Source: an uncultured Gemmatimonadales bacterium (GTDB lineage Bacteria; Gemmatimonadota; Gemmatimonadetes; Gemmatimonadales; GWC2-71-9). From it: a DNA stretch of 64,000 bases. The translations under genes and the position numbers were made by a program. Of the stretch, positions 9,247 through 20,076 are shown in pieces. Within the stretch, counting starts at the first letter, position 1; each line of letters starts with the position of its first letter. The notes under the pieces are model-generated. The model did no database searches. It was not told the origin of the DNA and saw only the letters and a list, made by a program, of their open reading frames with translations. The stretch covers positions 513,788-577,787 of the forward strand of contig CAVOPE010000008.1 of NCBI GenBank assembly GCA_963697755.1, in the 5' to 3' direction.

Positions 9247-11858
9247 CGACGATCCTCGGCTCGGCGCTTGAGGTCGGCCAGCCGGTTCAGCGCCTCGAGC
9301 GGTGTGAGCGCATTCACGTCGATCAAGCGCAGCTCCTCCACCATCGGATCGGGAGGCAGCGCGTCGACGAAGAGCCCGAGCTGCCCCGGATCGCGCGCGG
9401 CGTCGGGGGCGGCACCCGGCACCATCCGATGCTCGCCTTCGAGCGTGGTCAGGATCTCGCGCGCCCGCTGGACGACTGCGTCCGGCAATCCCGCGAGCTG
9501 GCCCACGTGAATGCCGTACGACCGATCGGTCCCGCCCGGCTCGAGCCGATGCAGGAAAATCACGGTGTCCCCCGTCTCCCGCACCGCGACGTTGTAATTC
9601 CGAGCATGCTGGAGTCGCTCCGGCAGCTGCATGAGCTCGTGGTAGTGGGTGGCGAACATCGTCTTGCACCCGACCCGGTCGTGCAGGTGCTCGGTGACCG
9701 CCCAGGCGATCGCCACGCCGTCGTACGTGGAGGTGCCGCGACCGATCTCGTCCAGCAGCACGAGGCTCCGGCGCCCGGCGTTGTGGAGGATGGCGCTCGT
9801 CTCGCTCATCTCGACCATGAAGGTCGATTGTCCCTGCGCGAGGTTGTCGCTGGCGCCCACCCGGGTGAAGAGCCGGTCCACCACGCCGATCGCCGCGTCC
9901 GCCGCCGGCACGAACGCGCCCATTTGCGCCAGCACCACGCAGAGCCCGATCTGACGGAGAATCGTGGACTTGCCGGCCATGTTCGGGCCGGTGACCAGCG
10001 CGACGCGCTCGGCCTCGGTGAACCGCGCATCGTTGGGGATGAACTGCTCGCGCGCCATCATCCGCTCGATCACCGGATGGCGGCTCTCGCGGAGTACCAG
10101 GTCATATCCCTCGTGCACCTGCGGCCGCACGTAGCGCCCGCTTACGGCGCGGTCCGCGAGCGCCGCCCACACGTCGAGCCGCGCGAGCACCCGGGCCGTC
10201 CGCTGCACCCGCGCGATCGCCTGGCCCACGGCCGCCCGGAGGGCGCCGAACAGCTCCGCCTCGCGCGCCGCCATCCGCTCCTCGGCGCCGAGCACGCGAG
10301 CCTCGTAGTCCTTGAGCTCGGGCGTCACGTACCGTTCGGCCCCCGCCAGCGTCTGCCGACGCTCGTAGTCGGAGGGGACTCTGGCCGCGTGCGCGTTGGT
10401 GATCTCGAGGTAGTAGCCGAACACCTTGTTGAAGCCGACCTTGAGCGACGAGATCCCGGTGCGCTCGCGCTCGCGCTGCTGGAGCGAGGCGATGTACTGC
10501 CGGCCGCCGTCCCGCAGCCCTCGCAGCTCGTCGAGCTCGGCGTCGTAGCCCTGGCGGATCACGCCGCCGTCGGTGAGCGTGACAGGCGGCCGCTCCTCGA
10601 GCGCGCCGGCGAGCTCCGCGGCGAGCTCCGCCAGCAGGTCGAGCTCGTCGAGCGCGTCCGCCAGGGCGGCCGCCCGGCCACCGCGCGGGAGCGTCGAGGC
10701 GGCGAGCGCGCTGAGCGCCTCGGCGACATCGGGGAGCCGGAGGAAGGAGTCGCGCAGGGCGCCGAGCTCGCGCGGGGTGGCGCGTCCCGCCGCGGCGCGA
10801 CCGGCCAATCGCTCCACGTCCCGCACGCCGTCCAGCGCCTCCCGGAGCCGGCCCCGACCGCGGCCGTCCTGCACCGCGACGTCGACCGCGTCCAGCCGGT
10901 AGGCGATGGCCGCCGGATCCCGCAGCGGCGAGAGCAGCCACTGCCGGAGCAGGCGGCCGCCCATCGGGGTCACGGTGGCGTCGATCGTCTCCAGCAGGGT
11001 GCAGCCGCGGGCCCCCGCGCGGAGCGGCTCGACCAGCTCGAGGTTCCGCCGGGTCATCTCGTCGATCCAGAGGAACCCGTCGTTGTGCCGCACGGTCGGC
11101 CGCGCCAGGTGCGGCAGCCCGGACGGCTGCAGCTCCGTCAGGTATCGCAGCAGCGCGCCCGCGGCGCCGAGCGCCGGCGCGTCCTCCGGGCCGACGCCGA
11201 GCCCGTCGAGGCTCGCGAGCGCGAACCGCCGCGCCAGCTCCTCCTTCGCGAGGTCGGGATCGAACTCCCAGCGCTCGCGCACCGTGCGCAGGACCCCCTC
11301 GCCGGCGAGCGGCAGATCCTCCGGGACGACCACTTCCGCCGGCGCGAGTCGGCCCAGCGCTTCGGCCGCGCCGCCGCCTTCCAGGGTCTCCAGCACGAAC
11401 TCGCCGGTGCTGAGGTCGATCGCCGCGAGGCCCATCCGCTCGTCCACCGCGCACAGCGCAACCAGGAAGTTGTTCTTGCCCCCGGCGAGCCAGCCCTCCT
11501 GCAGCATCGCCCCCGGCGTCACCGTCTCCACGACTTCGCGGCGCACCAGCCCCCGGGCCAGCTTCGGATCCTCGACCTGCTCGCAGATGGCGACCCGGTA
11601 CCCGGCGCCGATGAGTTGCCGCAGGTACTCGGCTGCCGCCTTCACCGGCACGCCGGCCAGCGGCACGCCATCACCCCGCGACGTCAGCGTGATCTCGAGG
11701 ACCCGGGCCGCCAGCTCGGCGTCCTCGTGGAACATCTCGTAGAAGTCGCCGACACGGTAAAACAGGATGGTCTGTGGATGCTGCGCCTTCACCTCGCGCC
11801 AGTGCTTCAGCATCGGCGGGGTCGGCGCGTCGGAAGCCTCGCGGCTCACGGGGGCCAC
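9243..11858 (-). CDS. mutS: DNA mismatch repair protein MutS
   Basis: N-terminal TPPMLKHWREVKAQHPQTILFYRVGDFYEMF and Walker A GPNMAGKST. The start is set at GTG 11858; GTG 11849 and ATG 11927 are alternatives, and the track gives 12047. Confidence 0.93.
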   Translation of the reverse strand: MAPVSREASDAPTPPMLKHWREVKAQHPQTILFYRVGDFYEMFHEDAELAARVLEITLTSRGDGVPLAGVPVKAAAEYLRQLIGAGYRVAICEQVEDPKLARGLVRREVVETVTPGAMLQEGWLAGGKNNFLVALCAVDERMGLAAIDLSTGEFVLETLEGGGAAEALGRLAPAEVVVPEDLPLAGEGVLRTVRERWEFDPDLAKEELARRFALASLDGLGVGPEDAPALGAAGALLRYLTELQPSGLPHLARPTVRHNDGFLWIDEMTRRNLELVEPLRAGARGCTLLETIDATVTPMGGRLLRQWLLSPLRDPAAIAYRLDAVDVAVQDGRGRGRLREALDGVRDVERLAGRAAAGRATPRELGALRDSFLRLPDVAEALSALAASTLPRGGRAAALADALDELDLLAELAAELAGALEERPPVTLTDGGVIRQGYDAELDELRGLRDGGRQYIASLQQRERERTGISSLKVGFNKVFGYYLEITNAHAARVPSDYERRQTLAGAERYVTPELKDYEARVLGAEERMAAREAELFGALRAAVGQAIARVQRTARVLARLDVWAALADRAVSGRYVRPQVHEGYDLVLRESRHPVIERMMAREQFIPNDARFTEAERVALVTGPNMAGKSTILRQIGLCVVLAQMGAFVPAADAAIGVVDRLFTRVGASDNLAQGQSTFMVEMSETSAILHNAGRRSLVLLDEIGRGTSTYDGVAIAWAVTEHLHDRVGCKTMFATHYHELMQLPERLQHARNYNVAVRETGDTVIFLHRLEPGGTDRSYGIHVGQLAGLPDAVVQRAREILTTLEGEHRMVPGAAPDAARDPGQLGLFVDALPPDPMVEELRLIDVNALTPLEALNRLADLKRRAEDRR

Positions 11859-11997
11859 GCGAACGTGCGGGCAGGCAGGGGGGGCATACGCCACCAAATA
11901 TACGTCCGAGGCGCGGCACACCTCCATTGCCGGCCGGGGCTTCCGCTGGACGACCCGCCGACCGCAAGTTGCGTGGTCCCCACTTCCGAGCGCCCTC

Positions 11998-12414
11998 GTG
12001 CCGCAACCGTTCCACTTCGCGTTCTTCGTCCGCGACCTCGCCTCCACCCGCCGGTTCTACGGCGACATCCTCGGCTGCCGCGAAGGCCGCAGCACCGAGA
12101 CCTGGGTCGATTTCGACTTCTTCGGCAACCAGATCTCCGCGCACACCACCGGGACCGTGACCCCGACCCAGAACACCGGCAAAGTCGAGGACCTGCTCGT
12201 GCCAATGCCCCATTTCGGCGCCTTGCTGGGATGGGACGAGTTCGAGGCTGTCGCCGGTCGCATCCGGACTGCGGGCCTGCCGTTCATCCTCGAGCCCCGC
12301 ATCCGCTACCCGGGCCAGCCGGGCGAGCAGGCGACGATGTTCCTCCTCGATCTCAGCGGCAACGCCCTCGAGTTCAAGAGCTTCAGGCACCCCGAGCACG
12401 TCTTCACCGCATGA
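11998..12414 (+). CDS. VOC (glyoxalase/bleomycin-resistance/dioxygenase) family protein
   Basis: GTG start at 11998 (VPQPFHFAFFVRDLASTRRFYGDILGC...), a typical VOC N-terminal beta-alpha-beta pattern. Confidence 0.7.
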   Translation: MPQPFHFAFFVRDLASTRRFYGDILGCREGRSTETWVDFDFFGNQISAHTTGTVTPTQNTGKVEDLLVPMPHFGALLGWDEFEAVAGRIRTAGLPFILEPRIRYPGQPGEQATMFLLDLSGNALEFKSFRHPEHVFTA

Positions 12415-12427
12415 GCTGGACGGCCGG

Positions 12428-13591
12428 GTGACCCGCGCGGCGGTGGCGGTCATCGGCGGCGGGGTAATGGGGGCGAGCGTGGCGCATCATCTCGCCGCGC
12501 GCGGCCAGCGCGACGTCATCGTCCTCGACCGCGCGGAGGGCCCCGGCGCGGGCAGCACCGGCCGCGCGACGGGCGGCTACCGGGCGCAGTACGCCACGTC
12601 GGTGAACGTGCGGCTCTCGCTCCTGGCACGAGCCAAGCTGCTTGGGTTCGAAGACGAGACCGGCGTCGACCCGGGCTACCTGCCCGCCGGATATCTGTGG
12701 CTCGCGGGCAGCGAGGCCGAGCTGGAGACGCTTCGCGCCGCCCGGGAGGTCCAGCACGCCGAGGGGCTGCACGAGGCCGTCGGGGTCACGCCCGACGACA
12801 TTGCCCGGCTCAATCCGGCGATCCGGCTCGAGGGGATCGTCGGCGGCGCCTTCTGCCCGAGCGACGGCTTCCTTCGCCCGCTGAAACTGCTCGAGGGCTA
12901 TCTCGCCGCGGCCGGGCGGCGCGGCGTGCGCGCCCGATGGGGCGTCGATGTGACCGGCATACGGCGCGGCGCCGGCGGACGGATCGAAACCCTCGAGACG
13001 TCCAGCGGACCGGTCGAGGTCGACGCCGTGGTCAACGCCGCCGGTCCGTGGGCCGCGAGCGTCGCGGCGCTCGCCGGCGTCGCTCTGCCGGTGACACCGC
13101 TCCGCCGACAGATCGCTCCCACCACGCCGTGCGATCTGCTGCCCGCCGACATGCCGATGACGATCTGGGCCGGCGACGGCTTCCACCTGCGTGTCCGCGA
13201 CGGCCGGGTGCTCCTGTTGTGGCCGACACCCGGTGAGCCGGGCCGACCACTCGACATCAGCGTCGACCCCGCCTGGATCGACGCCGTGGTCGCGATGGCG
13301 CATGCCCGGATCCCGATTCTCCGCCGCGCGACGATCGACCGGGCCGGGAGCTGGGCCGGGCTGTACGAGATGTCGCCCGACAAGCACGCCATCCTGGGCG
13401 CCGTGGCGGCCTGCCCGAACCTCTACTGCATCAACGGCTCGTCCGGGCACGGGGTGATGCACGCGCCGGCGCTGGGGCAGCTGCTGGCGGAGATCATCTG
13501 CGACGGGAAGGCCTCGACGCTGGACGTCTCCTGTCTGCGCCCGTCGCGGTTCGACGAGGGTCGGCCGAACCCGGTATCGGGTCTGTTGTAG
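12428..13591 (+). CDS. FAD-dependent oxidoreductase (DAO/sarcosine-oxidase-like)
   Basis: 387 aa with N-terminal dinucleotide fold VAVIGGGVMGASVAHHLA and C-terminal GSSGHGVMHAPALG. Confidence 0.85.
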   Translation: MTRAAVAVIGGGVMGASVAHHLAARGQRDVIVLDRAEGPGAGSTGRATGGYRAQYATSVNVRLSLLARAKLLGFEDETGVDPGYLPAGYLWLAGSEAELETLRAAREVQHAEGLHEAVGVTPDDIARLNPAIRLEGIVGGAFCPSDGFLRPLKLLEGYLAAAGRRGVRARWGVDVTGIRRGAGGRIETLETSSGPVEVDAVVNAAGPWAASVAALAGVALPVTPLRRQIAPTTPCDLLPADMPMTIWAGDGFHLRVRDGRVLLLWPTPGEPGRPLDISVDPAWIDAVVAMAHARIPILRRATIDRAGSWAGLYEMSPDKHAILGAVAACPNLYCINGSSGHGVMHAPALGQLLAEIICDGKASTLDVSCLRPSRFDEGRPNPVSGLL

Positions 13592-13664
13592 GAATCGCTG
13601 GGCGCGCCACGCCGGGCGCCGGCACCAGACTGCGTGCCCGACGCCCGGCATGTCGCCGGCCGAG

Positions 13665-14681
13665 CTACTGCGCCGAGCTGTCCCGCACCATCGGCGGGAT
13701 CGAGTCGGCCGGCGTCGTCGAATCCGCCGTCACGGCCCGCGTCCGCCACTGTTCGATCTCCGCCTGGAACTCCCGCGAGAGCGCCGCGACATCCACCGAC
13801 GAGGTGTCCGACACGGCGCCGTTCGCGCTCACCCGCGCCAGGCCAACGGCCGCCTTCTCGTACGTGCTGTCGGCCTGCAGGGCGGCCTGATAGGCCTCGC
13901 GGGCGGTCACGAAGTGCCCCGAGCGCTCGAGCGCGGTGGCGAAATTGTTCTGGAAGACCGGCACGTTGCCGCGGAGCTCCACCGCGCGGGCCAGCGGCAG
14001 CAGCGCGGCATCGCTCCGGCCCTGCTGGATGTACAGGTAGCCGAGGTTGTTCATCGCCCACACGTCACGATCGTCGACTGCCAACGCCCGCTCGTAGGCA
14101 TCGATCGCCTCGGTGAACTGGCCGAGCTCGTGGTGGGCCCGACCCTTGAGCCGCAGCCCTTCAGCCGACAGCGGCTCGATCGCCAGCGCCCGCTCGATCC
14201 GCTCGAGCGCGTCCTGCGGCCGGCTGGTCTCGAGCAGCACGCGTGCGGAGTTGAGCAGGCTCTTCCGATGCGACGGATCGAGTCGGAGCGCAGCGTCGAA
14301 CGCCTCCAGCGCGCGGGTGTGCTGGCCGATCTTCCAGTTCGCGAGGCCGAGCATGTACTGGCCCCACGCGTTCTCCGGCTCGCTCTCGGTGTAGGCCTCG
14401 AACATGCCGGCCGCCTCCTCGTAGCGGCCGAGGTGGAACGCGCGGTCGGCGTCGGCGTAGCTGGGCACGACGGCGGGGACGGCGATCGACCGGACGGATC
14501 CTTCCGTAGTGGCCGACGAAGGGGAGGTGGACGAAGTCGCCGCGCCGGTGGTCTCGGTGGTCGTACCCGAGGCGGTCGCGGATGTGGAGGGAGACCCTTT
14601 GTCCCCATCCCAACAGGCCGCGACGAGCGGGAGCAGGATGGCGGTGGTGAGGACGCTGAGGCGTGCGGTGGGGCGGGACAT
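13665..14681 (-). CDS. TPR-repeat lipoprotein
   Basis: Trimmed to the ATG at 14681, which is preceded by aggagg. It has a signal peptide plus lipobox (LVAAC), a Ser/Thr-rich linker and several TPR-like repeats. Confidence 0.75.
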   Translation of the reverse strand: MSRPTARLSVLTTAILLPLVAACWDGDKGSPSTSATASGTTTETTGAATSSTSPSSATTEGSVRSIAVPAVVPSYADADRAFHLGRYEEAAGMFEAYTESEPENAWGQYMLGLANWKIGQHTRALEAFDAALRLDPSHRKSLLNSARVLLETSRPQDALERIERALAIEPLSAEGLRLKGRAHHELGQFTEAIDAYERALAVDDRDVWAMNNLGYLYIQQGRSDAALLPLARAVELRGNVPVFQNNFATALERSGHFVTAREAYQAALQADSTYEKAAVGLARVSANGAVSDTSSVDVAALSREFQAEIEQWRTRAVTADSTTPADSIPPMVRDSSAQ

Positions 14682-14882
14682 GTTTCCTCCTGAGTGGTGC
14701 GCCGGGGCGCGGTAGACTTCGGGCACCGGGAGGAAAGGCAACTGCGCGGCCAAGCTGGCCGGAGCCACATAAGTCTTTGATTTGCAGGTTATTAGGCGAT
14801 ACACCCAGGCTGGAACTTCGACTCTGCGTGTCCGGGCGGACACGTTCAAAGATGGTGCCTCGTGTCCGGTCGGACACGGCCT

Positions 14883-16235
14883 TCAGGGTCGCCGGATATT
14901 GTGCCTCCGCATGATTTTCAGCAGGCTCGCGTGGTCGGCCAGTCCCAACGCCTCGGCAGTCCGGGTCACGTGCCACTCATTCCGCTCGAGCGCGGTGATC
15001 AGAATCCGGCGCTCGGCTTCCGCCTTGAGCGCCTGGAAGGTGTTCGCGCCTTCGGCCGCCGTCGCAGCGTCCCCGCGGATGTCCGCCGGCACCTGCTCGG
15101 GCCCGATGACGTCGCCGTCGGTCGCGATGATCATCCGCTCGATGACGTTCCTGAGCTCGCGGACGTTGTTCCGCGACCAGTCGTAGCGCATCAACGCGTC
15201 GAGCGTGTCGGGCGCGAGGCGCTTGGACCGGACGCCGAACCGCTCGCAGATGGCCGCCGCGAACCGCTCAGCGATCTCGGGGACGTCGCTGCGGCGGTCG
15301 CGGAGCGGCGGTACCGCGATCTGGTGCACGTTGATCCGATAGAAGAGATCCTCCCGGAAACGCCCCGCTCGAGTCTCGGCTTCGAGGTCACGGTTGGTGG
15401 CCGCGACGACTCGGGCGTCCACCCCGATGGACCGGGTGGCCCCGAGCCGGGTGACGCGACGCTCCTCCAGCACGCGCAGGAGCTTCGCCTGCGCGGGGAG
15501 CGGAAGCTCGCCGATCTCGTCGAGGAAGAGGGTTCCGCGCTCCGAGGCCTCGAACGCGCCGCGCCGAGTCGCGCTCGCGCCGGTGAACGCCCCCCGCTCG
15601 TGCCCGAACAGCTCGCTCTCGATCAGCTGTTCGGGTAGCGCGGCGCAGTTGATGGCGATGAACGGTTCCCCCGGCCGCGGGCCGAGCCGATGCAGCTCGC
15701 GGGCGACCAGCTCCTTGCCCGTCCCGCTTTCGCCCAGGATCAGCACCGTGCTGGGGACTGGCGCTACGCGGGCGATCTGCTGGCGGAGCCGCTCGATCGC
15801 GGCACTGCTGCCCACGAGCGAGCTCTCGCCGTCCAGCCGCTGCCGGAGCGAGCGCACTTCCGCCTGCAGCCGGCGCCGCTCGAGCGCCAGCTCGATCTCC
15901 CGCACGACCCGCTCCACCGGCTCGGCCTTGTCCACGAAGCCGTAGGCGCCGAGACGGACCGCCTGAATGCAGCGGTCGTAATCGCCGGTGCCGGTGTAGA
16001 CGATGACCGGGACCTCGGACCCGCCTCGCGCCAGGGCGCGCAGCACGTCGAATCCGTCCATGCCCGGCATCTCCAGGTCGAGGATCACGCAGTCCACCGG
16101 TTCGGACGCGATCCGGTCGAGCGCCGTCCGGCCGTCGGGCGCCACGCGCACGTCGTGGCCGCCGAGCCGCTTGAGGTCGTAGGCGTACTGCTCGGCCAGC
16201 GCGGGTACGTCATCCACCACCAGCACGAGCGTCAT
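14883..16235 (-). CDS. Sigma-54-dependent response regulator (NtrC family)
   Basis: 450 aa comprising REC (VVDDVPAL...ILDLEMPGMDG), an AAA+ sigma54-interaction domain (GESGTGKELVAREL, GAFTGA) and a C-terminal HTH. Confidence 0.92.
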   Translation of the reverse strand: MTLVLVVDDVPALAEQYAYDLKRLGGHDVRVAPDGRTALDRIASEPVDCVILDLEMPGMDGFDVLRALARGGSEVPVIVYTGTGDYDRCIQAVRLGAYGFVDKAEPVERVVREIELALERRRLQAEVRSLRQRLDGESSLVGSSAAIERLRQQIARVAPVPSTVLILGESGTGKELVARELHRLGPRPGEPFIAINCAALPEQLIESELFGHERGAFTGASATRRGAFEASERGTLFLDEIGELPLPAQAKLLRVLEERRVTRLGATRSIGVDARVVAATNRDLEAETRAGRFREDLFYRINVHQIAVPPLRDRRSDVPEIAERFAAAICERFGVRSKRLAPDTLDALMRYDWSRNNVRELRNVIERMIIATDGDVIGPEQVPADIRGDAATAAEGANTFQALKAEAERRILITALERNEWHVTRTAEALGLADHASLLKIMRRHNIRRP

Positions 16236-17953
16236 CCCGAGCGCGCCTCCCCGCCGACCGGCCCGCCGTCGGCGGGCAGCTCGACCACCGCGCGAGTCCC
16301 CGCGCCGGGCGCGGTCTCGATCCGGAGCGCGCCGCCGAGGTCGAGCACCAGTCGACGCACGATCGACAGGCCGAGGCCGGTTCCGCCCTCCTTGGTCGTG
16401 TGGAAGTCGTCGAACGCGCGGTCCAGCTCGGCTCGGCTCATGCCCGGCCCCGTGTCCGCGACGGTGACGCGGACCCGACGCGTGCCATCCTCGTCGCCCA
16501 CCCGCTCGGTGCTGACGGTCACCTCGCCGTCACTCCGGCCGGCCACGCTGTCCACCGCGTTGCCCACCAGGTTTTCCAGGATCCGGCGCAGCACCAGCGG
16601 ATCCGCCGGCACCCGCGGGCGCGAGGGATCGGGAACCGCGTGCAGGGTCGCCTGCCCGGCCGCGGTCCCGCGGACTACCTGCTCGACCACCTCGGTGACG
16701 TCGCACGAGACCCGCTGCACGGCCGGCGTGAGCCGCGCGTAGTTGCGGGCCAGGGTGTCGAGGTACGTGAGGCTCGACTCGAGCGTGCCTCGCCGCTCCT
16801 CGAACACCCCGGCCAGCGACGCGGGATCCTCGCGCGCGACCTGCGTGAGGTGACGCAGCACGTTTCGGATCGGCACCAGTCCGTTCTTCACGTCGTGATT
16901 GACCTGCCGCGCCAGGTCGCCCGTCGCCAATCGGCGCTCCGCCTCGCGCAGCCGCGCCGCGCTCACGCGCAGACGCTCGGTCATCGCAGCCATGACGGAG
17001 GAGAGCGCGCCGATCTCGTCGTCCCGATCGCTCGCGAAGCTCTGATCGAGCCGGTCGAGGTCGATGGCGGCGGTCTGCGCCGCGAGCGCGGTGAGCGGGC
17101 GGCTGATGCGCGCGGCCAGCCAGGCCGCCGCGGCAAGCGCGAGCGCGACCGTGGCGCCGAGCGTCGCCAGGAACCAGCGGTCGAGGCCCCGCTGCAGCTC
17201 CCCCAGCGTGCGGGACGAGCGCGCCACGATCACTTCCGCGTTGCCGGGCGATCCCGCCGGCGCCGGCGCGCCGCTCGCTCCGGCCAGATCGAGGAAGGGC
17301 AGCGCAATTGTGCCCACGGCACCCGGGACCGGGTCCGCTCCCTGCCCGGGGTAGCGGATCGCGACGGACAGCTCCGGATCTCGAGCGAGCTCGCGACGGA
17401 GCACGGACCCGATCGCGACCCCGCCCGTGATCGTGAGGCGCTCGTCGGCCACCGGGACCGACTCGAGACGCGCGAGCACGACGATGGCCGAATCGGCGGT
17501 GCGCGCGCGCACCAGCACCGCCGAGTCCGCGGAGGCGGCGAGCATTCGGGGCAGCTCGGGCTCCACCCGATCGAACTCGTTCCGGAAGTGCCCCGAGCTC
17601 AGGATGCGGCCGGTGCTGTCCTGGATCCGCAGCAGGTCGAGTCCCGCAGTGCGCATCGTGCCGACGGCCAGGTCCAGGACGGCACGGCGGGTCGAGGCGT
17701 CGCCGCCGACCACCGCCAGGCGCAGCCGGTTGTCGCGCCGGAGCTCGGCGGCCAACGTGGCGAGGCGGGCCGCCACCGCGTCGCTCTCGCGCGAGAGGCC
17801 GTCCCGCAGCGCACTCACCGCCGCCTCGCCGCGTCGAAGGTTTTCGTCGCTCAGCCGGCGGGATAGCTCCCGGCGCACGCCGTAAGCCAGCAGTCCAAGC
17901 GGCATCAGGGCGGCCAGCGCCAGCGCGACGAACGCACGCGCGCGGAAGCTCAC
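16232..17953 (-). CDS. Sensor histidine kinase (HAMP-HisKA-HATPase)
   Basis: The GTG at 17953 overlaps the upstream stop by 4 nt. It has two TM segments, an H-box-like region (VNHDVKNGL) and ATPase motifs DTGPGM and GGTGLGLS. Confidence 0.85.
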   Translation of the reverse strand: MSFRARAFVALALAALMPLGLLAYGVRRELSRRLSDENLRRGEAAVSALRDGLSRESDAVAARLATLAAELRRDNRLRLAVVGGDASTRRAVLDLAVGTMRTAGLDLLRIQDSTGRILSSGHFRNEFDRVEPELPRMLAASADSAVLVRARTADSAIVVLARLESVPVADERLTITGGVAIGSVLRRELARDPELSVAIRYPGQGADPVPGAVGTIALPFLDLAGASGAPAPAGSPGNAEVIVARSSRTLGELQRGLDRWFLATLGATVALALAAAAWLAARISRPLTALAAQTAAIDLDRLDQSFASDRDDEIGALSSVMAAMTERLRVSAARLREAERRLATGDLARQVNHDVKNGLVPIRNVLRHLTQVAREDPASLAGVFEERRGTLESSLTYLDTLARNYARLTPAVQRVSCDVTEVVEQVVRGTAAGQATLHAVPDPSRPRVPADPLVLRRILENLVGNAVDSVAGRSDGEVTVSTERVGDEDGTRRVRVTVADTGPGMSRAELDRAFDDFHTTKEGGTGLGLSIVRRLVLDLGGALRIETAPGAGTRAVVELPADGGPVGGEARSG

Positions 17954-19143
17954 GGGACCTCGACGCGGAGCGTGCCGTCCCACTCGGCCACCAGCGCCGG
18001 CGCCCCGCGCCGAAGCACGGCCTGCGCGCGGGTCTCGATCAGGGGAACCACCGTGGCCGAGTCGGGCCACGCGGCCGTTTCCCGGCAGGGGACGAGGGCG
18101 CGGGTGGGCACCGGGATCACGAACGCACGCGCGGCGCCCGCGCGCAGCGCAAGCGCCAGACTGTCCGCCGAGTAGCCGCGGGCCGTCACCTCGGGCCGCG
18201 AGGCCAGGGCGACGAGCCGCTCGGCGAGCCCACGCGCGACGCGATCGGCCGCCGGATAGACGATGACGCTGGCCGCCGGGCGAGTCGGGCCTGCGGCGCC
18301 GCGCGAAGGACACGCGGCCCGGGCATCCCACCATGCGGGAGCCTCGGAGGCGCGCGCCTCGACCTGCACCGCGTCGCGCGCGAGTCCTGCTCTGAAGGCG
18401 GACGTATCGGAGGGAATGCCCATGTCGGGTGGAGCGTGTCCGGGCAGCACGAGCAGATAGCTCCGGCTCCAGGGAAGCGCCCGGGTGGTGAGGCCGGGCC
18501 GTTGGCGCGCGTAGTCGAGCAGCTCCGGATCGCTGGCGGCGATGAGGTCCGGTCCGCGGTCCACTGCGTCACGCAAGTCCGTGGCCGCGGCTATCGGCTC
18601 GACGGCCGGCCGCGCGTCATCCTGCGCGACACCGAGGGTCGGGTCGGCGAACAGAGCGGGGAGCTCGAGGTGCGGCGAGGCGAACCCGACGGTCAGTCGG
18701 CGGTCGTCGAGCGGGACCAGTGACTGCACGCCCTCCCACCGGAGCGCGACCGCGGCCTCGGAGTCGGCCCGCCAGGTCGCGGCCACCGTGCCGGCCGTCC
18801 ACCGCGCGGCCGCTCCCGCCGCCGCGGGTTCGAGCTCGAGCGTCCAGAATCGTCCGGAGGTGTCCCGCGACCAGGCGACCGCCAGGCCCGGCGACGGCCG
18901 GCCCTCGCAATCGAGGCGGACCGGCGGTTCGACCGACGCGGCCCGTCGAGCGCGGCGCGCGTCGCCCGAGTCCTCGAACACGGCCGATACCGACCGAGCT
19001 GGCCCCACGCTGTCGCTGGCGAGCCGGCAGGCGGCCGCCGGCGGCGTGGGGGCTGGCATCGGCGGGTGCGGCGCAGACCCGCACCCCGCGATGGCGACGC
19101 CGATGGCGACGCCGCCGGCGAACAGCAGCGCGCGCCCTGGCAT
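17950..19143 (-). CDS. Hypothetical lipoprotein (first gene of the HK/RR operon)
   Basis: 397 aa with a signal peptide plus lipobox (IAGCGS). Its stop overlaps the kinase start. Function is unknown; weak resemblance to solute-binding folds is only an impression. Confidence 0.6.
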   Translation of the reverse strand: MPGRALLFAGGVAIGVAIAGCGSAPHPPMPAPTPPAAACRLASDSVGPARSVSAVFEDSGDARRARRAASVEPPVRLDCEGRPSPGLAVAWSRDTSGRFWTLELEPAAAGAAARWTAGTVAATWRADSEAAVALRWEGVQSLVPLDDRRLTVGFASPHLELPALFADPTLGVAQDDARPAVEPIAAATDLRDAVDRGPDLIAASDPELLDYARQRPGLTTRALPWSRSYLLVLPGHAPPDMGIPSDTSAFRAGLARDAVQVEARASEAPAWWDARAACPSRGAAGPTRPAASVIVYPAADRVARGLAERLVALASRPEVTARGYSADSLALALRAGAARAFVIPVPTRALVPCRETAAWPDSATVVPLIETRAQAVLRRGAPALVAEWDGTLRVEVP

Positions 19144-19152
19144 CGCCGCCGT

Positions 19153-20076
19153 TCAGGGCTCCGAGACGACGAATGGACTCCCGCCGAGCCGGGCCTTGAG
19201 GCTGGCCGCGGCGGTCTGCGCCGCCTCGCGGGTGCGATACTCGCCCACGCGGACCTTGTAGAGCCCCTTGTCCTGCACGGTCACCACGGTCACACCCAGC
19301 GCGCGCGCTTTCTTGGCAGCATCGTCGGCGCTCTTGCGGCTGGCGATCGCGGCGATCTGCACGCGGTAGACGGTACGGGCCGACGGTGCCGAGGCCGCGG
19401 GGGCCGGGGCTGGTGCCGTGCGGGTGGAGTCGGCCGTCGGCGCTCCCGCGACCTTGGTGGACGTGTCGGGCCGGGTGCTGTCGGATGCCGTCCGCGGGCC
19501 GGTCGAATCCCCCTGCAGGTCGCAGCGCTGGTAGAGGAAGCCGAGCTGGTTCTGGAGCTCGACATCGTCCCTGGCCTGGGCCATGCCATCGGCGAGCCAG
19601 CGGCAGGCGGCGGCCGGGTTGTTCGCGTCGAAGTAGGTGCGCCCGGCCCAGTACGCGGCCTGAGGCATGAGCGGCGTGGACGGGAAGTCGACTCGGAGCC
19701 GCTCGAGGTTCCGCGCGGCGCCGTCGTAGTTGCGCGTGGCGTAGTCCATCTGGACCAGCCGCAGGAGCGCGTCGTCCGTCCAGCTCGACGTGGCATACTC
19801 GACCGCCACGCGCTGCAGCAGCCGGCGCATGTCGCCCGCGGTGCCTGCGACCATCGCCTGGGTGTAGAGGATCTGCGGGTAGAGTGTATCGGATGGCGGC
19901 GTGGCCGCGAGGAGGCGGTCCACTGCCACCCGGGCGGAGTCGCCGCGACCCTCCTGGGCCTCACGCACGGCAGCCAGCAGCCGCGGATCGGTCTGGGCGG
20001 CCGCGCCGCGCGTGGCGAGCGGAGCGCCGACGGCCAGCGCCAGGCCCGCGAGCCATCCGATGGTCCCCAGCTTCAT
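19153..20076 (-). CDS. SPOR-domain protein with TPR-like N-terminal region
   Basis: Trimmed to the ATG at 20076 (MKLGTIGWLAG...), overlapping the holA stop (ATGA). The C-terminal YRVQIAAIASRKSADDAAKKARALG...YKVRVGEY is a SPOR repeat pattern. Confidence 0.78.
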   Translation of the reverse strand: MKLGTIGWLAGLALAVGAPLATRGAAAQTDPRLLAAVREAQEGRGDSARVAVDRLLAATPPSDTLYPQILYTQAMVAGTAGDMRRLLQRVAVEYATSSWTDDALLRLVQMDYATRNYDGAARNLERLRVDFPSTPLMPQAAYWAGRTYFDANNPAAACRWLADGMAQARDDVELQNQLGFLYQRCDLQGDSTGPRTASDSTRPDTSTKVAGAPTADSTRTAPAPAPAASAPSARTVYRVQIAAIASRKSADDAAKKARALGVTVVTVQDKGLYKVRVGEYRTREAAQTAAASLKARLGGSPFVVSEP